DNA of 52,567 bases, the filler included, from Trypethelium eluteriae (Eukaryota): NCBI GenBank assembly GCA_051942245.1. It is 3 parts of 3 records of this genome, joined end to end, with 100 filler letters (N's around TTAATTAATTAA, not from the genome) between each part and the next. Parts side by side here need not be neighbours in the genome. Positions count along the whole stretch, not along the records: positions 35,141 to 52,567 come from JAVECL010000591.1; 2 more parts are not named here. One strand, given 5' to 3'. A model generated the notes under the pieces. That model was not told where the DNA came from, ran no database searches, and saw only the letters and a program-made list of their open reading frames with translations. Shown in pieces: positions 38,682 to 47,840 of the stretch. Both the position numbers and the translations under genes were made by a program. The first letter of the stretch is position 1; every line of letters starts with the position of its first letter.

Positions 38682-39479
38682 ATGAAGCATCTCCTAATCA
38701 AAAGTTTGCTTGTTGTATATGTTGCCACGCATTCCTGGGTTGAACAAGTCACTCAAATATATATGGGTCGAATGATTGGTAATCCTGGTTATCCTCGTGG
38801 CAATGGTATCTCTAGGGTAGTTCAAATGTTTCAAACATGGCTGACGAGATACATAGTGCCACGAAATTCATATGCGTTCTTGACACAACATGATGCTACC
38901 ATGACCCATCTGTTGCCCCCGAACGGTCGTCCAGGTGGAGAGATCTGGGACACTGACCTCATGTGTATGCCCTCGCAAGAGAGATTCAATGAGACTGCTG
39001 GCAGTCCCATTTTAAACACTACTGCTGGAAGCACGATACTGCTGCGCTACCAAGAGAATGGTCACATCACATTACCTAATACACCTCCAGGTAAGCCTTC
39101 ATCAGGTAATGTGTCTGTTTACTGGACCAGATACTCTCGTCCCACAGATACCCTGAAAGCTATCCACAATATCTGGACTCAAGATGGTAAGGGGGGCGAT
39201 CAAAAGGGAAGTCTGCTCGCTAAATTACCATTTGATGATGGAACATGTTATCAAGTTAACGATAGTCCAGAATCTTACCGACGACAACGTCTTCCACAGC
39301 CGCAACATGACGCATATGAAGGCACAAATCTGTGGTGTGGAAATACTGTTGAGATTCCGAAAGGTGTCCGCCCAGGCATACATTCGCTCTATTGGGTCTG
39401 GGATTGGCCAAGCTATGAACATGGAGTACAGAAACCCGAGATATATACGACATGTATTGACATCGAAGTTACTGAGTGA
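38682..39479 (+). CDS. Secreted protein with His1 after the signal peptide (LPMO-like; resembles fungal DUF7492 family)
   Basis: MKHLLIKSLLVVYVAT|HSWVEQ, GYPRGN, LRYQENGHITLP, FDDGTCYQVN, SLYWVWDWP, EIYTTCIDI. In-frame 51-nt intron at 38806-38856. Family name is from memory and not verified. Confidence 0.75.
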   Translation: MKHLLIKSLLVVYVATHSWVEQVTQIYMGRMIGNPGYPRGNGISRVVQMFQTWLTRYIVPRNSYAFLTQHDATMTHLLPPNGRPGGEIWDTDLMCMPSQERFNETAGSPILNTTAGSTILLRYQENGHITLPNTPPGKPSSGNVSVYWTRYSRPTDTLKAIHNIWTQDGKGGDQKGSLLAKLPFDDGTCYQVNDSPESYRRQRLPQPQHDAYEGTNLWCGNTVEIPKGVRPGIHSLYWVWDWPSYEHGVQKPEIYTTCIDIEVTE

Positions 39480-39523
39480 TTACCTGGATGAGACATGAGA
39501 TAGAAAGAATAGCATCTCTTAAA

Positions 39524-40072
39524 TTAACCGATAACGCCTATTAATTGTCTTACTTTAGCTTTTCTTATAGTTCGTGTACTAGGACGAGGCATCCATGAAT
39601 GAGTCGACATAGCCGGAGAGGTACGGGCAAACTCCTTCGCATTCTCCCGTCGAACTAGGGGAGCACGACTTGTGAAGTGGCCAAAGAGAAAATGAAAACG
39701 TCCACGGCACGCAAAGCAGCTCGAGCGTTTACTATTGCCTAAACGTCTCCATTCGCGCCAATCCTCCTCGCAGACAATGTGACCTGAATGTATCATTAGG
39801 AACAATGCAACTGTGCGAGAAGTGTCGGACAAACCACAAATGGTTACCCTATAACGCTCGGAATGACCACCGCAGATTCTACAGCCATCCTCGAGTCCGT
39901 AGATACGTAGTAATGGGCCCTGGGATTTGAGAGAACATAAGCGACAGTACACCAGGAGTTCTCTTGGTTTATGTTTGAAAGTTTTCCTAATAATCGCGAA
40001 AGTAGGACAGTCATGAAGTGAGCAGTGACAAGAACTACAGGTATGGTGGTAGTCTTTGCATATAGCCGACAT
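39524..40072 (-). CDS. RING-finger variant protein, paralog A
   Basis: Removing intron 39784-39834 gives CRIC-x10-CGHIVCEEDW...CFACR. The N-terminus has CSSCH...YCRLC. Confidence 0.75.
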   Translation of the reverse strand: MSAICKDYHHTCSSCHCSLHDCPTFAIIRKTFKHKPRELLVYCRLCSLKSQGPLLRIYGLEDGCRICGGHSERYRVTICGLSDTSRTVALFLMIHSGHIVCEEDWREWRRLGNSKRSSCFACRGRFHFLFGHFTSRAPLVRRENAKEFARTSPAMSTHSWMPRPSTRTIRKAKVRQLIGVIG

Positions 40073-40223
40073 GATGTGCGAAAAGAGGGAAAACTGAAAG
40101 TGGGAGGGCCAACTTGAGAAGGACTGCCGCTGCTTATATATTTAGACGTGACAGGGTTGTCTCAGTTATAGACTGGGGCCTAAGTCCCAGAAAAAGATTC
40201 TATTTTTAAATTAATGAGTAACT

Positions 40224-40756
40224 CTAAATAACTAGTTCCTTCTTTCCACTCTGATAGCTCTTGTGCTGCGATGCAGGTGTGCTGGGAGGACTTGGTATAT
40301 CCGGAGGGGCTTTGAAGGACTTCTGGAGGCTCTCCTTTCGATTTAGGCGAGCACAAATTTTAGAACAGCCCCAACGGGGTCCGAGCTTCGTACGGCATCC
40401 AGGGCAGTCACGATTTTGCGGATTCTCTCTTCTCCATAGAGACCAATCCTCCTTGCAAAAGATATGACCTAAAATCATAAGTAAGAGCAAAGAATTAGTG
40501 CGAGAAGTGTCAACAAACCACAAGTTGTCAATACGTATTGCTCAAAAAAGTCCCAACAGATAGTACAGCCAGCTTGAAGTCCGTAGACGCTTCTTGTTGG
40601 GTTCATAAAGATGATGGTACATGAACGGCAATATACTGGGGTTTCATTGCTCGGACGATAGCCAGGGCAATCATCAATAATAAATGCATCACGGGTTTCA
40701 AGTGAGTGGTGACAACAATCGCAGATATGGAAGTCTTTATTGATAACAAACATCAT
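40224..40756 (-). CDS. RING-finger variant protein, paralog B
   Basis: Removing intron 40469-40518 joins two ORFs to give CTIC-x10-CGHIFCKEDW...CPGCR. The N-terminus has CDCCH...YCRSC. Confidence 0.78.
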
Positions 40757-40879
40757 GTGAAAAAAAGGAAGATGAGAGGGGCCGACCCGAGACGGATCTT
40801 GGCCAGTTATATATTTGGTTCTGACAGGGGTCCGTGCCAGCCAATTTCTATATATAATACTGATAGATCCTGAGGGTAG

Positions 40880-41338
40880 TTCCTTAGGGTAAAGACGTCC
40901 CTGGGGCTGAAGAATCCCCATAAATAGCGAGTCCCTAAGAAAGTGAGTCCTGTAGGGGATTTTAGCCCCTAGATAAAGTATGTCTCTAGGGAGAACAAGT
41001 CCCTAGGGAGAAAAAGTCCCTAGGGAAAGTAAGTTCCTAAGGAGGACAAGTCCCTGGGGAAAGTAAGTCCCTAAGGAGAACAAATCCCTGAGGAAGATAA
41101 GTCCCTGTGGAAAGCAAGTCCCCAAGGAGAGTAACTCTCTGAGGAAATTAACTCCTTGGAGAAGGTGACTCCTCAAGGAAATCAATCCCCTAAGAAGAGT
41201 AATTCCCCAGCGAGAACAACTCCCTAAGGGAAGTAACTCCTTAAGAGAAGTAAGTCCCTAGGAAGAGCTAGTCCCTGAAGGAAGTGACGCCCTATAGAGA
41301 GTAAGTCCCTAAATAAATTGACTCCCTAGGAGAAGCAA
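40880..41338. repeat. Degenerate tandem array, 27 x 17 bp, consensus approx. GTCCCTAGGGAGAGTAA
   Basis: Units start every 17 nt (for example 40982, 40999, 41016, 41033 ... 41322); 459 nt = 27 x 17. The core is palindromic CCCTAGGG. Confidence 0.95.
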
Positions 41339-41541
41339 GATTATTGCGCCTCATGTACGATCCGCCTCATGCATAATCTTTGAGACATCAGCCAGACACC
41401 AATGAGGTTATCTCCACTGACTGCACTCTGAAACATGCTATCAGCTCTCTCCCTGCTCACCATGACGTGGTATTCGCACCAGCGAGTATTAAATGCCCTT
41501 ACCTGCCCGGACATTTCCCTCATCTTCTTTTGGTCCTGTCC

Positions 41542-42103
41542 ATGTCCTCAAAGAGCACCTATCAAGCTCGGCCTACTATGGCTGTCAGTTCAGTCACCAA
41601 ATGTGTGAATGTCGACGTCAATCTGCGTCCTGAACTTATCAACATTGGGTATCCTGATGGTGATGTCCAAAAAATTACGTTATTCAGCGACCCAAAGAAT
41701 ATCAAGAGTGGTTCCCAATGTAAGTCAATATGACAACCTCAACTCCTATTTTCTAATCCTCGTAGCACGATCCACACTTTGCGCCCGCTGCAATGATGAT
41801 TCGAAAATCAATTGCAGAGCCTGCCGTGACCTCTCAACTAATTCATTGTGGGGCGTTCAGGAGATTCTAAGGTGTGATGGGCCTGAAGCTGAAAAGCTTT
41901 ATGTGTCTTGGGATGATAGCCCTATACCGGAGTCGAGGTTATTTCCAGCTGGAAAGGTTATATGGGCGTTGTGGGATAATGTTGAGTGGCCGGTGAAAAG
42001 TGTTGGGGCTGGCTGGCGCAAAAACGGGGTGAATTGGTACCGCGTTTCGTGGTACGATTCATGGGTTAATCGCAAGGATGTTTTCCAGTCAGAGGACGAT
42101 TGA
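41542..42103 (+). CDS. Small protein with CxxC..CxxC knuckle and two chromo-like repeats
   Basis: Intron 41720-41765. CARC-x7-CRAC, then WGVQEIL...LYVSWDDSPIPESRL and WPVKSV...WYRVSWYDSWVNRKDV. Confidence 0.65.
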
Positions 42104-42900
42104 AGAAGAGGCTTCATTAAGTTCATTTGGCGAGATCCTTCGGTGTGAGGACGATGTTGTTGATGATGTTAATCCAATCAACCTAGCCTCCGAGGTGGTG
42201 TTCACTACAGCTCACGTGTAGATTCACGCGTGGATCCTTCATGTAGATCGTTTCGCCCTGTTCTAATTAGCTAATTTTCCTTCGTCGTCACCTTCCTAGG
42301 GAGGTCTATAGAATAACCTGCGGCCCTGGCCGCTTAGATAAGTTCAATCGAGTTCTTTTCTCCGATCTAGTTGGTCTGAACAACATCAGAGGAGTAGTTG
42401 GACATATCGACTTTGGTTATTATAATCTTAGGTTAGCTATGAGTCTTCTCGTTTATTGAACCGGTATCAAATACATCCGGCTCTGCCCGTTTACGTGTCA
42501 TACCATAGACCGCTGACTGGGAACTTGGACAACTCTAAAGACCCCTGCCTTCTCTTCAAGAGCTGAACATGTCTGCGCCACTTATCCCTTTCCCTGGTTA
42601 TGCTTAAGGATCGACGATCTTTTATATGCGCTAGTAAGAAAATGGGATATGCGTGGTTGTAGCCTGTTTTGTGCCGCTTAGGATGAGAAGCTAGGAAAGT
42701 TATAAAAGGTGTCAATTTTCCTGTGTTATGGCTTTCTCTCTTCAGATCAGTTGCTTCAAGAATTTCTAGGACTAAGTCTCCATAATCGATCCAAGACTAG
42801 ATCCCTTTGTCCTAAGATCTCTACCTTTAATTAGTAAGTCAGCTCGGAAAACCCCTATGTCAGTAACTAAAGTGCTTTAGATACTGATTTTAAGCCTGAA

Positions 42901-43749
42901 ATGTCTTCTCCTTTATCGGAAGGATTGGATGGTGAACAAGTCACCGGAATGTCAATTGGTGGAAAAGCCCCCCACCGTTGGATGATCCGTGACGACCGTG
43001 AGGAAGAGGCCATACTTTCATACCATACCACAGGACTGGACAGTGATTCTGAAATCAGCTGTGAGCCTGATCAACACAGGAAGATGGTGATCGAAGGTGA
43101 TGAAGCAGGGGATGACAACAATATCACCGCCAGCAGTACAGTAGCCGATGATAGGATGGAAGTAGCCCATAATTCTGAGCCTGTATCTGGAACACAAATG
43201 ACAAAGCGGAGAAAAAACAAAGACAACCTGATGCGTGCCGCCTTATCCAATTATAAGGAACTCCGGCGGCATTGCATGCCAATAGTCAAAGCGGCAGCCT
43301 ACAAGATAGTCCTTACTACTCACAGGGTTGACTTTACACCATTCTTCCAAAATGGGTTCCCAGTCAAGACATTCTTTCATGCAAAGGTATTTGATTTTGG
43401 GGAAGATGAGGAGTGCGGAGCTATCTTATATTACGAGGACCAGAAAGTGAGTGAAATGTCTTTTTGGTTGAGAGAATATGTATTAATAATATAGGTAATG
43501 CTGGCTCAGATATTCACCACTACATCAGGGTATATTGACGGAATTCTGGAACTGATGAATACTGTCAGTATTACCACACCTCCGGCTACTTCTAAACCAG
43601 ATTATGAGCACGGTTGGCCACATCTTATAGCGGCTCTCACAAGGTACTTCAACGAACCTCCCATTGAACAGGGCGAAATGTGGATTTTGATTTATGGATT
43701 GGTAGATGGCAATCAAGCTAAGCCAAGTTTTGTAGTCTTGGAGACGTAG
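42901..43749 (+). CDS. Hypothetical protein, two exons
   Basis: The 197-aa and 83-aa ORFs are joined by a GTGAGT..CAG intron (EDQK|IFTTT). Acidic disordered N-terminus and a KRRKNK basic patch. Confidence 0.6.
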
Positions 43750-44230
43750 GGATATCTTTAGAAATTGCTAGGTGAAGTGGTACTCAGAATGATAAGCCGG
43801 CGGCGCCTTTTCAATTTTGCCCTTGGCTACTGCTCCCTTGATTGTATCAAGACAGCTCAAGCGGGAAGTGATACTAACCAAGATCTGAGGCGTAACTGTC
43901 AAAGGGTTGGAGAGATATTGAATCAGAGCTGAGACTTAGTTGCGAGACGCGTAAAGAGGTTCATTTGCTGAGAGGTACTAATTGAGAGCTGGAGAGCTCG
44001 AAAAAGTGCAAATCAGAACAGTATTCCTTACTAAACTCTGATGTTAGGGTGCTGCAAGAGGTCAAACAGAGGCAGACTAGTCAGTGTATACTTAATTGTA
44101 AAGTATCGTGTGGAAAATTTATTTAAGAAAGAGCGAAGGAACTAAATATGGGGGTGGAGGATACGCATGTGCACACTATACTCTAGCCGGGCGGATAATC
44201 CAAGAAATAGTCATGCTTGAGTCCGCTGCC

Positions 44231-46504
44231 TCAGTTGCGTCTGGCACGAAGTAGGACACCATGAATCCGAGCTGCATGGTTTTTAAAATGGGCAACATCC
44301 GCAACACCAATGCCATCTTCAAGACATTGGGGATGGGGGCACGTAAAGCCTTTGTTAGGTGCCATATGACAAAGATGTTTGCTCTCGATATGGTCCCACA
44401 TCTTGTAGGGGGTGGACCAGAGGAACCCACGTTTCTTGAGTGTAAGCTTCTTATCACCCAGACAGAAGAGACACTGTCGCTGATTGGTCTTGAGAGGAAA
44501 GAAAGGTCCAATGCGCGATCCTGGCAGTCGCCGAAGGCCTATCTCTGGACGATGCCCACGATTACGTGGATCCCGACGTTTACACAGTAATGTAAGATTA
44601 TCAATGAAATCCACACGATACCGAAACCTGTCAAGTGGAGCCATTTGCATATTTTCAGCTGTTACATGCAGGACGGCAACTATACGACGGCGTTCTGGGA
44701 CGTCGTAGATAGGTTTGTCGGTTTGTCCAGAATCAGATTTCTGAGCTTGGACGCCTGCAAACTGCCGCTCAAGCTCCCGCGTGTCGCTGGTTTCGAAGTG
44801 CTCAGCCCGGAGATTTCGGAGCATATCACGTTCTTCTCGGACTTTTTGAGCTTTTAGCCTGCGCGTTGCTTCCTGGTGTTGTACGGTGAGCTGGTCCAAT
44901 CTCGCTTTATCCTCATATGAGCTTTGGTACTTCTTTTTGGCCTGCGTTAGAGCCTCTACCTCTCGGGTCATGGATAATATAATCGGGCTATTAGTAATAG
45001 TGTTTCGTTGTTCCCAAGTTAGTGCTGTAGGGGCATGAGAATCCGCCGTAAACCTCATTGCTCCTGTAGTCTTTAACATTGTTGAGTTTTTGGGCTCGTC
45101 TAGGAAAGCCGCTTGGACGTCGCACTTAACCTTTTGGGTAAGGTAGAATTGGAAGATTGTAGAATCTGAATGGCCCATGATCTGATCTCGTTCTGCAGCA
45201 GTTGCGACACCTAAGATATAGAATTAGAGGCACTCTCATACTAAGAATATGCACCTACTGTCAACTGCATTCCCCGTTCCTCTTCGAAAACAATAGCAGG
45301 TTAAGTTGTCTTGAAAACCGCATTCTTGACCCAACCGGTGGAGGTAGCGACTGATTGTTGAGCTACTCAAAGGTAACAATGGTGAAGTACACCTTCCACC
45401 CTCAGTCATGTATGACTCTCGCATAATTGGGATATCTTTGATGCCCTGTTTCCAGCACAGCTGTATGCTTTGCTTATGTTGGGGGACCTGGGCATTAAGT
45501 ATCTTTCGCGTATTTGCTCCACTGGCCTCAAAGGCATGATCATCAAACGCGAGTGACAGGATAAGCGCAACAGGACATAGCAGCAGATTCGGATTCTCAT
45601 AAAAGAGGAAGGTTTTCCTAATATTAAGTAAGCAATGTCCTTATCATATTATATTGAAACTTACGGTTGAGGCTTCCAACTATCTCCCTTACCATATGGT
45701 AGCGTGAGAAGCACCACCACCTTTGCTCGTTCTGTTGGTGTTTCACTCTTTACAAGGTACAACTGAATGTGTCTGTAGCAGATCGCCTTTGTCTTCAGTA
45801 GGCTATCAGTCTGCTCTATTACAGAAGTATTGAGTATTGTTGAAGGCCGACTGCCAGTGTAGGCAGCAACCAAAAGGAGCAAAGCAACCTGGACTCGCTG
45901 ACGCTCATCACAAAACGTCGCTACACTGAATTTCCAGTGATGGAGGAGGATATCAACCAAGTCGTCCACAGAAAGGATAGGCTTTGAACGCTTGGATACA
46001 TCAAGATTGAAGCATGATCGTAAGTCATTGTGAATGAACTGTATCTTTCCGTTAGTCAAATTCAGAACTGAGTAGGGGTAGATATAATAAAGTCTTGCAT
46101 TTAAAACATCATCACCTAAGTCACTGTCTATAGGTTTTGAGAATCGGTGAAGGTAGTATCCTCGAAGATTCTTCCAATTTGATACCAAGGCACTCAATTT
46201 TCGAATATTCCGTATATCAAAGAACCATTGGAAGAACGTCTTGAAATCTGGCGCTGTTGCATCTAAAAGCGCATCTAAAGGGGATTCATGGTTTCCAAGG
46301 TAATTCTGGAACCTTCCAACACTTAGTCATACTCTTAGTCAATCATAGATCAACTTCTTACTGAGTCCATGTTTGAAACATCTTTTCATATCCATTCTGA
46401 GTTGAATCGGCGATTGGTCTCTGCTGTCTCCCACGGTGGGTTAAATTTACACGCAATTGTTGATAAAATTGAGGAGAGTTAGGGGCCTTGTCCTTGCTCA
46501 TCAT
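44231..46504 (-). CDS. DUF3435 tyrosine recombinase (Starship captain)
   Basis: Spliced, stop-free model with DFKTFFQWF, ERQRVQVALLLLVAAYTGSRP (catalytic R), YGKG (K), LCPVALILSLAFDDHAF, YCFRRGTGNAVD (second R), IMGHSDSTIFQFYL (H and nucleophile Y), DVQAAFL. C-terminal QCLFC...DHIESKH and CPHPQC...HFKNHAARIHG zinc fingers. Confidence 0.93.
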
Positions 46505-46824
46505 GAGATAATGAAGTAGGAGCAGAGATGGGAGCAGAGATGGGAGCAGGGAGGGCAGCGGAGTGGGAGGAGGAGGAGGAGTGGGAGGAGTGGGACCGAA
46601 GCTTTCATCGCATCACTCTCTCATCTCAATCGAGGTCGATTCTGTTCTGTTCTGTTCTATTTCTAATTTCTGCAGCTAATTTAGCGTCCCTGCGCCGCAG
46701 TTAGGTAGAAAGTGAAACAAGGCCCCTATTACCCCGCAGCTAGATTCGACCTGCTGAGGGACGTAAAGCAGCGGCCAATTAGGCCGAAATTGGTCGCCGA
46801 TTTACCTGAACACTGAGTTATTCA

Positions 46825-46919
46825 AGTAATAGTAAAAGTGATAGTAAACAAAATATAATTCCAATAGTAAATTAATACTTACTATTTAGTATTACTATTA
46901 CTAATTTACTATTTCTTAC
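46825..46919. repeat. AT-rich block of inverted TAGTAA/TTACTA motifs upstream of the captain (candidate element terminus)
   Basis: Four AGTAA copies followed by five TTAC copies. Perfect arms AATAGTAA-N8-TTACTATT at 46863-46886, and a 12-bp inverted repeat at 46863-46874 / 46902-46913. Confidence 0.8.
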
Positions 46920-47246
46920 GACACTGCTTTGCTTGATAAACTGTCGAGGGTTCTATCAAGAACACTAGAATTTGAAGGGAGAGAAATCGTGTAGGCGCTT
47001 CGTAGAGTCTAGAGAGGTGGTTGTCACGGCGGCGGTCACAACGGCGCTAGCCCTTCGGAAAGATACCTAGCTGTTGCCAGACACATTGAGCTGATACTTG
47101 CCGCTCTCAGCGCTCTATACTCGATGTGTTGATAAGTTGCTCCTGAGTATTGGCCAAGGATCCATGAGCCTATTGCAACTTGCAGCAATACGAGCGAAAA
47201 ACATCACAATTATACCAGCGACAATTTCACAAAACAGCTACGGTCC

Positions 47247-47840
47247 ATGGCCACGGTCACCTACCCGTCCACCAATTTCGTCGAATCCGCCGGCTGCATC
47301 CTCTTCCATCTTCGCACCCGCCGCATTTGCCTCCTCTACCACCACAAACGCGCGCAATGGCTCCTGCCCAAAGGTCGGCGCGACCTATCTGAGCCGCGCT
47401 CTGTGACGGCGCTCCGCGAGACCCGCGAAGAAAGCGGTTATGAGGGTCGATTGCTACCTGTCACGCTCTTGACGCGATGTTTGGACCCGGCGCTCGAGAC
47501 CGCGGCGGGGCAGTATGTGCCGGATGTGCCGAGGCGGGCGGAGGGCGCGACAGAGCCGTTTATGCTGATGGTGCGGGATACGACGCAGACGGGGAAGGCC
47601 GGAGCAGCCCGAGCGAGCGGACTGATGCAGGGGAATTCGGTGAAATTGATTTGGTGGTATGTGGCGGAGTATGGGGGGGAGTTAGGGGAAGGTGCGGTGG
47701 CAGCTGGGGAGGCGCAATTTGGGGTCTGGTGGTTTGCGTACGATGAGGCGGTTGGTAAATTGAGCTTTGAGGCGGATCGGGAAGTAGTGAAGAAGGCGAT
47801 TGATGTCGTACGGGAGACGTATCATGCTGCGAGCGGATAG
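47247..47840 (+). CDS. NUDIX hydrolase
   Basis: Nudix box LPKGRRDLSEPRSVTALRETREESGY; FVESAGCILF; KLIWWYVA. GC-rich, host-like codon use. Confidence 0.9.
   Translation: MATVTYPSTNFVESAGCILFHLRTRRICLLYHHKRAQWLLPKGRRDLSEPRSVTALRETREESGYEGRLLPVTLLTRCLDPALETAAGQYVPDVPRRAEGATEPFMLMVRDTTQTGKAGAARASGLMQGNSVKLIWWYVAEYGGELGEGAVAAGEAQFGVWWFAYDEAVGKLSFEADREVVKKAIDVVRETYHAASG

Larger units (their letters stand above)
36006..46919 (-). mobile_element. Starship-like element (captain plus cargo); boundaries provisional
   Basis: DUF3435-type recombinase at the right end transcribed inward, AT-richer DNA with divergent small genes, an AT-rich repeat block upstream of the captain, and a matching site at 36006. 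The true left end could instead lie beyond the gap at 35140. Confidence 0.75.

Noticed and set aside
41003..41185. 60-aa repetitive ORF over the array
   Set aside because: By-product of three 17-bp units forming a 51-nt period; no gene structure supports it.
40880..41338. CRISPR-like interpretation of the 17-bp array
   Set aside because: Units are contiguous with no unique spacers, there are no cas genes, and the context is eukaryotic.
46519..46595. GGAGCAGAGATG x2 and GGA-rich tract upstream of the captain ATG
   Set aside because: Simple low-complexity 5' leader sequence (pyrimidine-rich on the coding strand), common in fungal promoters.
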